Sequence record: OP953026.1
DNA: 64,000 nucleotides
Direction: 5' to 3' (one strand)
Shown here: positions 55,673 to 64,000 of the stretch, piece after piece
Position numbering within the stretch: the first letter of the stretch is position 1
Layout: each line of letters begins with the position of its first letter
The notes under the pieces: model-generated
The model's database searches: none
What the model was told of the DNA's origin: nothing
Seen by the model: only the letters and a program-made list of their open reading frames with translations
Translations under genes and position numbers: made by a program

Positions 55673-57008
55673 TTATTTTCTAATGGGTATCAATGCTGGA
55701 TTAGATAAGAAACGAGCATGGGTTAACGTTTTATTTAATATCGTTTATAACCCAAATGATGGTGGTGAATATCTATACAAGCCATATTTCAAAGATGGTA
55801 AAATGTTCTTCTATAAAGAAGGCGATTCTAATGATGAAGTTGTTTATATCGACGATTATATTGAAGGTAAACAACCATTAGCATTTCGAGATGAATTCAT
55901 TTTACAACCTGGTGAAATTGAAAACTATAAAGGACCAGGTGCATTAAGAACAACTTATGGTAACGTTTTTGTTAACCATTTAGTATTATGTTTACCTTTC
56001 GGTGATCTGTTCCCATTCCAATCTGGTTATTTCGATATTGGTAAAGTTGAGAAAGAAATTCTTAACCGCATGATCGATGATCCAATTGATGATGATAATC
56101 CACCGCGTGCAACTGATGGTAAGTTATATGTATGGCAATATCGGATGTTTGCAGATCATTGTTTAGCATTGCCAGCATATGCTAGTACCTTGGTAACATC
56201 CATTACTGAGAAATCAATGACCTCTGCACCAGACAGAGATAAGTTACGCAAAGAACTAGAAGAGAAATATAAAGATCGGTTAGATGATCCGGCTGTTATT
56301 GCAGAGATGGGTAATGCATTAATCAAGCTAGATGAGGACTATCTAAAAGACGATCCTTCTTATGAGTTCTATGACACTAAACATAGTAAATTATTTGGTG
56401 GCGTGCGTAAGAAAGTATTTGGTATGTTTGGTGGGGAAGCGCCATTCCAAGATGGTACGTCAGTTGAATATATCGGTAAATCATTGGAAGAAGGCATTGA
56501 CACTGACCATATGCCAGTAATGAATAACTCATTACGTTATGGCTCATATAACCGTGGTGCACAAACAGCCCTTGGCGGTGAGTCAACTAAAACGATTTAT
56601 CGAATGGTTGGTACAGTCAGGATTATTATGGAAGACTGCAACACATGGATAGGTATTCCAACTACTGTTCACCAATTTAATAAGAAAGATTTCATTGGCT
56701 TGTCTTATGTTAAGAATGGGAAATCTATCCTTATTGAAGAAACTAACATTGATGAACTAGTTGGCACTGAGATTGAACTACGTGGTCCAATGACATGTAA
56801 GGCCGGTGGTGATCCAGCTAATGGTGTAATAGGTAGAGGTAAGAACGTATGCGCTGTCTGTATGGGTAAACAAATGTCAGAGAACCCTAATGGCATCCCA
56901 GCAGCAGCGGCAGGTGTTGGTGGTCGATTCCTATCCATCTTCATGTCTAAAATGCACAGTGCTGTTCTTAAGACTGTTAAATGGTCTTATCGCGATCGCA
57001 TCAGTTAA
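55650..57008 (+). CDS. Virion RNA polymerase beta-prime-like subunit (phiKZ gp80)
   Basis: SYNRGAQTALGG bridge-helix-like segment, EDC, C..C zinc site, FMSKMH. Confidence 0.85.
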   Translation: MILMKLRDYFLMGINAGLDKKRAWVNVLFNIVYNPNDGGEYLYKPYFKDGKMFFYKEGDSNDEVVYIDDYIEGKQPLAFRDEFILQPGEIENYKGPGALRTTYGNVFVNHLVLCLPFGDLFPFQSGYFDIGKVEKEILNRMIDDPIDDDNPPRATDGKLYVWQYRMFADHCLALPAYASTLVTSITEKSMTSAPDRDKLRKELEEKYKDRLDDPAVIAEMGNALIKLDEDYLKDDPSYEFYDTKHSKLFGGVRKKVFGMFGGEAPFQDGTSVEYIGKSLEEGIDTDHMPVMNNSLRYGSYNRGAQTALGGESTKTIYRMVGTVRIIMEDCNTWIGIPTTVHQFNKKDFIGLSYVKNGKSILIEETNIDELVGTEIELRGPMTCKAGGDPANGVIGRGKNVCAVCMGKQMSENPNGIPAAAAGVGGRFLSIFMSKMHSAVLKTVKWSYRDRIS

Positions 57009-57070
57009 AATAGATGGAGAAGTTACTCAGCTTCTCCATTATTTAGATTATAACCAGAAAGGAACTAGTA

Positions 57071-58492
57071 ATGTCTAAAAAGAATCAACGATTTGGAAAG
57101 TTTCCTCAACTCAATCGTTTACCTGAAAAACCCATTGTCAAAGACGAAGTTTTATCAGAAGAAACTGAAGAAAAGCCAACTTCTGAAATTGGTCGAGGAT
57201 TAACAAATATTGAATTAGTATCTCCTGAGGAAGTATATGCTACAGCAGATGATATTAATTCATCAGTTAATGCAGTTAACGATACTTCAGAATTAGCTAA
57301 AGTTAACGTAGATGCACTGCGTACTGGCTATGATATTCCTGAAACATGGACAGATGAAAATGTCATTGAATGGTTTACCAATGATGGCATTGCTAAAGGT
57401 AAAACTGAACTCGGTAGCTTTGTATTTGACCCAACCCGTAAATATCGTCCTTATGATGAATGGTCAGATGATGAACTAATCGATGCTGCTAACCATCGTC
57501 TAACTGGTGTAGTTAATGATATCGCAGATATTGCTGATGATATTTTAACTAAACGGGCTAAAGAGAATGAGACTACTGAGGAAGTAATTGTACCGGTAGT
57601 TAATGAAGATACTCTGAAACAAGATATTCGCAATACTGAAGACAGTATCAAGCTTGAAGAATTAGTCAAGCAACTGCGTATTCACACTAGTGATATTCCA
57701 CTAGATTGGTCTACCCAAGAAGTGGTTGATTTTGTTAAACAAGGTATTACTCCACCAAAAACACTACGTGGTAGTTGGGTTAATAGTGTTATTCGTGATA
57801 ATGCTCCACCTACCGATTGGACGACAGCAGAGCTTGAAGACTGGGCTGAAGGACTTATTAAAAATAGTAATCTGATAAAAGATTTTAAAATTGCTATTGA
57901 GTTACGCGATCGTTTATTCTTACCTACCACTAGTCAAGATATTGAAACTATTGTTGAACAATGGAAAGTATTCTCTGGTAAAGATGATATTAAACCAACC
58001 GGGGAAGTTAAAATCTTGAATAGTGAATCAACATCTAATGAACCTGTACTTCGTAAAGGTATGACCAAAATGAACCAAGTATTTATCGAATCTCGTCTAG
58101 AGCAGTTTGCCACTGGTGCTAAACCTGGTGACTATATCACTATCGAACGTGGTGGCGATGCACAAAAGAAACTAGATGATGTATTCAACTACGTAATGAC
58201 AATCGAAGATATTGAAGGCTTTAAATCAGGCATGGATATTATCTTTGATTTCGTTAAGAAAAATCGTAATACTCTATTTAGTGAATCTAACGCACTTCGC
58301 TTTGTTGCTACTCTACCTACTCAGAATAACCGTCAAGAAGCACACATTAATCTTCTTACTCTATTCTGCCTATTTACTAGTGATGTATCAGATGCGCTTT
58401 ATCAGGTAGATATTAACTATCTTGCACGTTTCATCCCTGAAGGTAAACGGCAACTCGTTCTACACTTCTTCCGGCAGAAAGCTGGTATGTAA
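57071..58492 (+). CDS. Hypothetical protein with W[ST]xxE repeats (gp81-like)
   Basis: 473 aa, AAGGA RBS. Confidence 0.75.
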   Translation: MSKKNQRFGKFPQLNRLPEKPIVKDEVLSEETEEKPTSEIGRGLTNIELVSPEEVYATADDINSSVNAVNDTSELAKVNVDALRTGYDIPETWTDENVIEWFTNDGIAKGKTELGSFVFDPTRKYRPYDEWSDDELIDAANHRLTGVVNDIADIADDILTKRAKENETTEEVIVPVVNEDTLKQDIRNTEDSIKLEELVKQLRIHTSDIPLDWSTQEVVDFVKQGITPPKTLRGSWVNSVIRDNAPPTDWTTAELEDWAEGLIKNSNLIKDFKIAIELRDRLFLPTTSQDIETIVEQWKVFSGKDDIKPTGEVKILNSESTSNEPVLRKGMTKMNQVFIESRLEQFATGAKPGDYITIERGGDAQKKLDDVFNYVMTIEDIEGFKSGMDIIFDFVKKNRNTLFSESNALRFVATLPTQNNRQEAHINLLTLFCLFTSDVSDALYQVDINYLARFIPEGKRQLVLHFFRQKAGM

Positions 58493-58527
58493 ACATATCG
58501 CCTCCCCTAGGGGAGGCTTTATGCTGA
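58492..58527 (+). terminator. Intrinsic terminator, identical to 10964-10999
   Basis: 36-nt exact repeat. Confidence 0.85.
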
Positions 58528-58593
58528 TTATTACTTTTACTAGGCACTAATATAGTACGTAGATAAATATCAATATGTGCTGAGGTTATAGCA

Positions 58594-60510
58594 ATGTCTA
58601 ATGAACAACAGGTTACAAATAAGAAAAAGATTAAGGGCATTGAAGCCAAACATATTACTTATTGTACTGATCAATTTGGTAAGTTTACAGATGCGCATTT
58701 CGTTAAAGAACGAATTCATTTTGAAGATGGTACAACTGCAAATAATTTAAGGATGTGGGAAAACTACCAGCGTCCTTTTTGGATTACCGCAAAAGGAATG
58801 CGTAACCATAAAGAAAAGAAAGATTACGAATATGAGCGTAACTTAGTTAAATACATGTCAACTCAAATTGACATGAAACGTAAGATTAGTAAAATCCTAG
58901 GTGACTATTCGGCTAGATCTCTTCGTCAACTAGCGCGTAGTCCTTACCTATATGGCAGTGATGTTAGTTCAACCTGTTATCTGAAGCATGATTATCAAGA
59001 ACGTTATCCTGGTCTAATCTCTCTAAACACTGTTGCTGGCGGTGACATCGAAACCAACGTTTATGAAGCTGAGAACGATGGCCAGATTATCTGTATGTCA
59101 GTTACACATAAGAACAAAGCTTTCCTAGCCTATTTAAAACGATGGGTTAGTGATATTGAAGATCCAGTGAAAGAGACATTAGAACAAGCACAAAAAGAAG
59201 AGGTATTATCACATCTAATTAAAGAACGTGGTCTAGATATTGAAGTAATGGTTGTTGAAACACCAGTAGATATTATTATTGAATGTTTTAAACGACTACA
59301 TACCTGGAAACCAGATTTCTTCGCATTCTGGAATATTAGCTTCGACATTGGTAGAATCTTAAAAACATTAGAACACTATGGTGTTAATCCAGCTGATGTT
59401 TTTTCTGATCCATCGGTACCTAAGAATTATAGGTATTTCCATTTTAAGATTGATGAACCTATGACCACCACTGCATCTGGGGTCACTAAATCTAAAGGAC
59501 CGGAGGATCAATGGCATTGGATTACAGCACCCTCTAGTTTTCAATGTATCGATTCTATGTCAACTTATCGAGTAACTCGATTAGCTAAAGGACGTGATCC
59601 TAACTATCGGTTAGAGTCTATTCTTAGAAAAGAACTAAACATCGATAAATCCACGACCATTAAAAATGATAAGGACTTAGAAGATTTTATTGAAGGTTTT
59701 AATAAACAACTAGTTGACCGACCAGGCGGCGTTATTACTAAATATATTAAAAATGTAGGTAGTAATGAATGGGTACCGGTGGATGATTTTATATTAAATG
59801 ATAACTTTACCTATGGTGATTCTATTAGATATGTAATGGAATTTGGTAAGTTAACCTTTAAAGAAACTGCACATCTTGGTGGTATCGATTGGCACCGTGA
59901 GATGCAGACTAAGCATAAAATCAAATATGGTCTTTATAACATCATCGACTCCATTCGACTAGAACAACTTGATGAACAAGTAAATGACCTTGGTCGCTCT
60001 ATAAGTCTATTCTCTAAGGCATCTGACTATAAGAACTTTAGTTCTAACCCAAAACGACTATGTGACGATATGCACTTCTGGTATTTGAATAGACCAGAGT
60101 CATGTGTCATTGGTTCAAGTTCAGATCAGATGGTGCATGAACTTGATCAATATGTTATTGGCCATAATGATTGGATTGTTACACTACCATCATACATGGC
60201 AGGTCCAAATGGATTGCAGTGTGTTAAAGATTTACCGAATTATAAAACCTTAATCTTCTGTCATATCGCCGACCTTGACATCGTGTCGACATATCCTAAC
60301 GTTAGTCAGATTCTAAATATTGCACGTGAAACATGTGTGATGGAATTCTCAATGATGGAAGGAATTAGTGAACACCATCGCCGTGAAGTTGGCGTAAACT
60401 TAACAGGTGGTAGGGTTAATGCTATTGAAATCACACAGAAGATCATGGGTGCTCCTAAAATGGACACCCTGCTAGAGAAGTTTATTAATACCTATAAGAA
60501 CCCAAAGTAA
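58594..60510 (+). CDS. Family-B DNA polymerase, 3'-5' exonuclease/N-terminal subunit (phiKZ gp82)
   Basis: ExoI GDIET, ExoII WNISFD, ExoIII YNIID and polymerase motif A DLDIVSTYP. Confidence 0.88.
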   Translation: MSNEQQVTNKKKIKGIEAKHITYCTDQFGKFTDAHFVKERIHFEDGTTANNLRMWENYQRPFWITAKGMRNHKEKKDYEYERNLVKYMSTQIDMKRKISKILGDYSARSLRQLARSPYLYGSDVSSTCYLKHDYQERYPGLISLNTVAGGDIETNVYEAENDGQIICMSVTHKNKAFLAYLKRWVSDIEDPVKETLEQAQKEEVLSHLIKERGLDIEVMVVETPVDIIIECFKRLHTWKPDFFAFWNISFDIGRILKTLEHYGVNPADVFSDPSVPKNYRYFHFKIDEPMTTTASGVTKSKGPEDQWHWITAPSSFQCIDSMSTYRVTRLAKGRDPNYRLESILRKELNIDKSTTIKNDKDLEDFIEGFNKQLVDRPGGVITKYIKNVGSNEWVPVDDFILNDNFTYGDSIRYVMEFGKLTFKETAHLGGIDWHREMQTKHKIKYGLYNIIDSIRLEQLDEQVNDLGRSISLFSKASDYKNFSSNPKRLCDDMHFWYLNRPESCVIGSSSDQMVHELDQYVIGHNDWIVTLPSYMAGPNGLQCVKDLPNYKTLIFCHIADLDIVSTYPNVSQILNIARETCVMEFSMMEGISEHHRREVGVNLTGGRVNAIEITQKIMGAPKMDTLLEKFINTYKNPK

Positions 60511-60878
60511 TATATCAGTGGAAGCGCCGAGGAGGATATGAATGTTCATCTGTTGGTGACAAAAGATTCTCGGCTCTTTACGCAAGGCTTCCTGATGGCA
60601 GAACAATTGAGGAAGCTTGGCAGTTAGATTGTAAAGGATATCGCATATACTCCAACCATTGGAAAGCTGGTAAAGGAAAACCACCACTAGACGGGTATAA
60701 TCCCAAATATGATGATTATAAAAATCTGTGGAAAGTATGGGCGGTATCTAATAAACATCTAATGGATGAATTGCGTCAGAATGCAAAAGAACATGATAAC
60801 TATCTTTCTGATGTTTTTGCTTCTACTGATATTTCACAGGCACGTGCTCTAGCAGAACTACTTAATGAAGGATATTAA
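60498..60878 (+). CDS. Start-less 126-codon ORF (NADAR-like) in the -1 frame of gp82
   Basis: ...VIYQWKRRGGYECSSVGDKRFSALYARLPDGRTIEEAWQLDCKG...STDISQARALAELLNEGY*; no ATG/GTG/TTG near the 5' end. Confidence 0.65.
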   Translation, partial: EPKVIYQWKRRGGYECSSVGDKRFSALYARLPDGRTIEEAWQLDCKGYRIYSNHWKAGKGKPPLDGYNPKYDDYKNLWKVWAVSNKHLMDELRQNAKEHDNYLSDVFASTDISQARALAELLNEGY

Positions 60879-60946
60879 AAAATGGAAGGTATTCCTAATT
60901 AAATATTATCAATTGATCATTACTGCTAACATAAACTTCGACACAT

Positions 60947-60979
60947 CATAAAACCCTCCCATTACGGGAGGGTTTATTT
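60947..60979. terminator. Bidirectional terminator
   Basis: AAACCCTCCC-ATTAC-GGGAGGGTTT. Confidence 0.85.
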
Positions 60980-60981
60980 CG

Positions 60982-62496
60982 TTAACTAATTTGGTATTTT
61001 AAATTCTGATTACCGTTTAGAACATAAATCTTACCGTCATTATTAAACGTATTGGCAAAACCTGCATCCACTAAACCAGTTTCTAAATTACCTAAATTTA
61101 TCCATCGTGCTAATCGTGGTTCATAATACTTAATTGGTGCGTTATTTTGATTTTCACCAGCGATTACATAAAGTTCACCAGATGGGCGTATATTAATAGC
61201 TGCACCAAGAGGTATACCTGTAGTTATTGGTTTGGACCAATTATTGTTGGTTTGATTGTACGATATGATTCCAGTGTTAACACCAGCACCAACCGTACCA
61301 CCAATAACGCATACGCTATTATTATAAATACTCACTGAATAATCTTGGGTATATTCCCCAGTATCATTAAATGCTGCACCACTGGTATATGTATCTGTAG
61401 TTGGATTGTACATTAATGTAAATCCACGATTATTTGTCGCAGTTGTATCAGCTGCACCTAATATGTAGATTAACCCATTAAGACTAGTTCCACGTGCATA
61501 CCGGCAAGCTATCGTGCCTGGTGATTTTATTTCCCATGTATTAGTTGCAGGATCATAACACTGCATATCTTTAGTAAGTACACCATCTGTGGCACTTTCA
61601 CCACCATAGAAATATACTTTACCATTAAATGCAACAGCCGAGCATTGTTTAACTGCTATAGGCGTACCAGTTGGTTGTAATGTTGTTAACTTACCCGTGA
61701 CTAAATTCAGTGTACGTAGAGCAGTATTAGCATTATTCTTACCACCGTAATAATAGACTAAGTTACCTATTTGGGCACCTGCTGCCATTTCGTTATCAGT
61801 TTCAAAATCAGTAAGTTTAATAACATTATCTTTAACGAATGGATATGTACCACTAGCATAAACCACTGGACGCCAACCTTGGGTTGCAGCACCCGTTTCA
61901 CTACTTGACGAGCTAGTTATATCAATCGCATAGTAGCCACGATAGAGCTGGTCATTAACTGGATCACTACCTGGGTCTCTTCCCCAGTTAGTAGTACCAT
62001 CAGTGCTAATACCACCAGCGACCGCTTGGTTAATACCTAAGTCATTATCTGTAAATTTATAAGGCCAGTTAGCACCATTTAAATTAGATACGTGAACATT
62101 ATAAAGTAACCTTTGCCATTCTGATGTGGCACCAGCCATTGTTAATAAACCAAATTTATAAATGTTCCCCATAAATCTAACTTCATAGTCACCATTACGG
62201 AGTCCGGCATTATTAAGCCGTGATTTTTGTATTGATTTACGAGCTGGTTTCTTTGGTATGTAACAAGTAACATTTTTATTAGAGAACTTTAACCATGGTT
62301 GTCCATCATTGATTACTGTTCCAAATGTCATATTAACTAATTTAGCTGCATCATCATAACCAAATAATTCTGAAGATGTTGTTTCACCATACAAACCTAA
62401 TTCCCTTGTCCCAGCTATCAGTGTTTTAGGACCTGGATAAGGATCGGAATATATAGGCGTATTTGTTAGTCCAGAAGACAACAATAACTCAAACAT
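60982..62496 (-). CDS. Virion protein with Kelch-repeat beta-propeller (gp83-like, tail-fibre family)
   Basis: Repeated YxxGG...YDPxTxxW Kelch units after a PGPKTLIAG N-terminal domain. Confidence 0.8.
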   Translation of the reverse strand: MFELLLSSGLTNTPIYSDPYPGPKTLIAGTRELGLYGETTSSELFGYDDAAKLVNMTFGTVINDGQPWLKFSNKNVTCYIPKKPARKSIQKSRLNNAGLRNGDYEVRFMGNIYKFGLLTMAGATSEWQRLLYNVHVSNLNGANWPYKFTDNDLGINQAVAGGISTDGTTNWGRDPGSDPVNDQLYRGYYAIDITSSSSSETGAATQGWRPVVYASGTYPFVKDNVIKLTDFETDNEMAAGAQIGNLVYYYGGKNNANTALRTLNLVTGKLTTLQPTGTPIAVKQCSAVAFNGKVYFYGGESATDGVLTKDMQCYDPATNTWEIKSPGTIACRYARGTSLNGLIYILGAADTTATNNRGFTLMYNPTTDTYTSGAAFNDTGEYTQDYSVSIYNNSVCVIGGTVGAGVNTGIISYNQTNNNWSKPITTGIPLGAAINIRPSGELYVIAGENQNNAPIKYYEPRLARWINLGNLETGLVDAGFANTFNNDGKIYVLNGNQNLKYQIS

Positions 62497-62597
62497 TTTG
62501 TGTGCGCCTCTTTTATAATACGTAGTGCATAAGATTGAATTCTATACAACGCAGCCTTATCTTTATGATTATAAATTAATACTGGTAGAGATATAAA

Positions 62598-63839
62598 ATG
62601 CTACATACGATAGAAATCTCTAATGAAGTGTTAGATGTGAATGTTAAGCGTGACTTAGGTCCATTGATCGAAGAACATCTAACCAAGATTCGTGATAAAT
62701 TAGATAATCAACAGAGAATAGATATTAATGATTTTAGGTCACTGAGTGATGATGTTTCTAAGATCCTCAATATGAATATAGAGTTTACACACCTGGATGA
62801 TCAGGGTATAATGGGTGGTGCATACACATCCTTTACAGTTGGACATACTGGTAGTAAATTTGACAATATTAATCGAGTTACTTTAGCAACTGAGCAAGGT
62901 GTCAATACATTCATTAATATTGATTTAACAAATTTAAAAGTTACGGGTGAGGCTGTTTCAACTTTTAAATACAAGGTCGGTTTATCTATTGGTTTATTAT
63001 CGGCTATTAACCGTGTTAGTATAGCAGAAGCTACTGCCATTACATTACATGAAATTGGGCATTGTTGGGAAACACTGGCTACAATGGGTGACTACGTCTA
63101 TCTTAACTATGCACTTACTGAAGGTATACTTATCTTACAGGGTAGGAAAGCTAATAAGTATAAGATTCAATTATTGGATGAAACATGGTTAAAGAAAAAC
63201 GTTGATCCAGCCGATTATGAGAAGTTTGCTAATGATAGGACTGAAGGAAATATTCGTAAAGTCATTCTATCATCATTTAAGAAAGCGCAACGTCCGCATT
63301 TAACTGGTGATGTTCAATCACGTAAACGCGATGAACAATTAGCTGATTTATTCGCCACTCGATTAGGTTATGGAAGGCCACTGGCAACGGCATTAACTAA
63401 ATCAGGTCGGTATTATAATGACCGTGAATATAAATCTGTTTCTAGCCATATTACTGCTGAGGTATTCAAAGGTCTATTTATGATCATTGGTTTACCTGTT
63501 ACACTAGGTATCATTGCCGGTAATTTAAAAGTTGGATATGATCCAATTAGTTCACGTTATGACAAACAACGACAACGTTTAATGAAAATTAAACAAGATC
63601 TAGTAGCACAACTTAAATGGGTAAAGGACTCATCACTAAAACCAGGAATTGATGATGACATTAAAGTAATTGATTCATTGATAAATGATTTAGCTAATGA
63701 GTGGACCATTTTTGATAAAATTTTAGATTTCCTTAGTCCCCAGCGTCGTAAAGATAAACGGGCTACTGAATTAGAAGATACTTTAGAAAGTCTATTAAAT
63801 AATGACTTATTTGTAAGAGCCTACCGCTTAACTAAATAG
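62598..63839 (+). CDS. Virion protein with zincin metallopeptidase motif (gp84-like)
   Basis: ITLHEIGH (HExxH) plus EQLAD...RLGY. Confidence 0.75.
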   Translation: MLHTIEISNEVLDVNVKRDLGPLIEEHLTKIRDKLDNQQRIDINDFRSLSDDVSKILNMNIEFTHLDDQGIMGGAYTSFTVGHTGSKFDNINRVTLATEQGVNTFINIDLTNLKVTGEAVSTFKYKVGLSIGLLSAINRVSIAEATAITLHEIGHCWETLATMGDYVYLNYALTEGILILQGRKANKYKIQLLDETWLKKNVDPADYEKFANDRTEGNIRKVILSSFKKAQRPHLTGDVQSRKRDEQLADLFATRLGYGRPLATALTKSGRYYNDREYKSVSSHITAEVFKGLFMIIGLPVTLGIIAGNLKVGYDPISSRYDKQRQRLMKIKQDLVAQLKWVKDSSLKPGIDDDIKVIDSLINDLANEWTIFDKILDFLSPQRRKDKRATELEDTLESLLNNDLFVRAYRLTK

Positions 63840-63850
63840 AGAGAAAAATC

Positions 63851-64000
63851 ATGCAACAATTAGGTTTTGAACTTTCCCGTATTCTAAAGCAACTGCCTAA
63901 CTTAGGTGGTTCTGATCGTAAAACCCGCGCAATGCTCCTAGCTAATGCGGTGGCATTACAGATTCCATTTGAGATTTTACTTGATTTCAATGAACAACAG
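63851..64000 (+). CDS. Virion protein gp85-like (partial)
   Basis: MQQLGFELSRILKQLPNLGG..., open to the window end. Confidence 0.65.
   Translation, partial: MQQLGFELSRILKQLPNLGGSDRKTRAMLLANAVALQIPFEILLDFNEQQ

Noticed and set aside
60538-60627. ATG after GGAGG giving a 29-aa ORF
   Set aside because: RBS spacing is only 2 nt and the frame closes quickly; the overlapping frame carries the long, domain-like ORF. The minus ORF 60472-60687 is likewise a shadow.

Overview
This is a 64 kb, AT-rich, gene-dense segment of a phiKZ-like (Phikzvirus, Chimalliviridae) nucleus-forming Pseudomonas jumbo phage. It is collinear with roughly phiKZ gp27-gp85. The gp numbers come from my recall of the proteins plus gene order; no database search was run. 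Recognisable content: tail sheath and tube, Dip (RNase E inhibitor), the PhuZ tubulin, both halves of the split family-B DNA polymerase, the nuclear shell protein ChmA, four non-virion RNA polymerase subunits, ChmC, PicA, an SbcD-like nuclease, an SF2 helicase, a virion RNAP subunit and virion proteins. Two related group I introns interrupt nvRNAP genes; one carries an HNH homing endonuclease and one is ORF-less. Features the ORF track misses or does not explain: (1) a candidate programmed -1 frameshift (U UUU UUU plus a downstream stem) fusing gp77 to a start-less 165-aa extension, like tail-chaperone G/GT; (2) a second candidate -1 frameshift (C CCA AAG directly before the stop) fusing the polymerase exonuclease subunit to a start-less NADAR-like domain; (3) a ~310-nt structured non-coding element in the chmA 3' region; (4) an early ORF broken by one in-frame UGA; (5) a G7-N7-G7 palindrome; (6) several unannotated small ORFs. 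No tRNA, rRNA or CRISPR array was seen.
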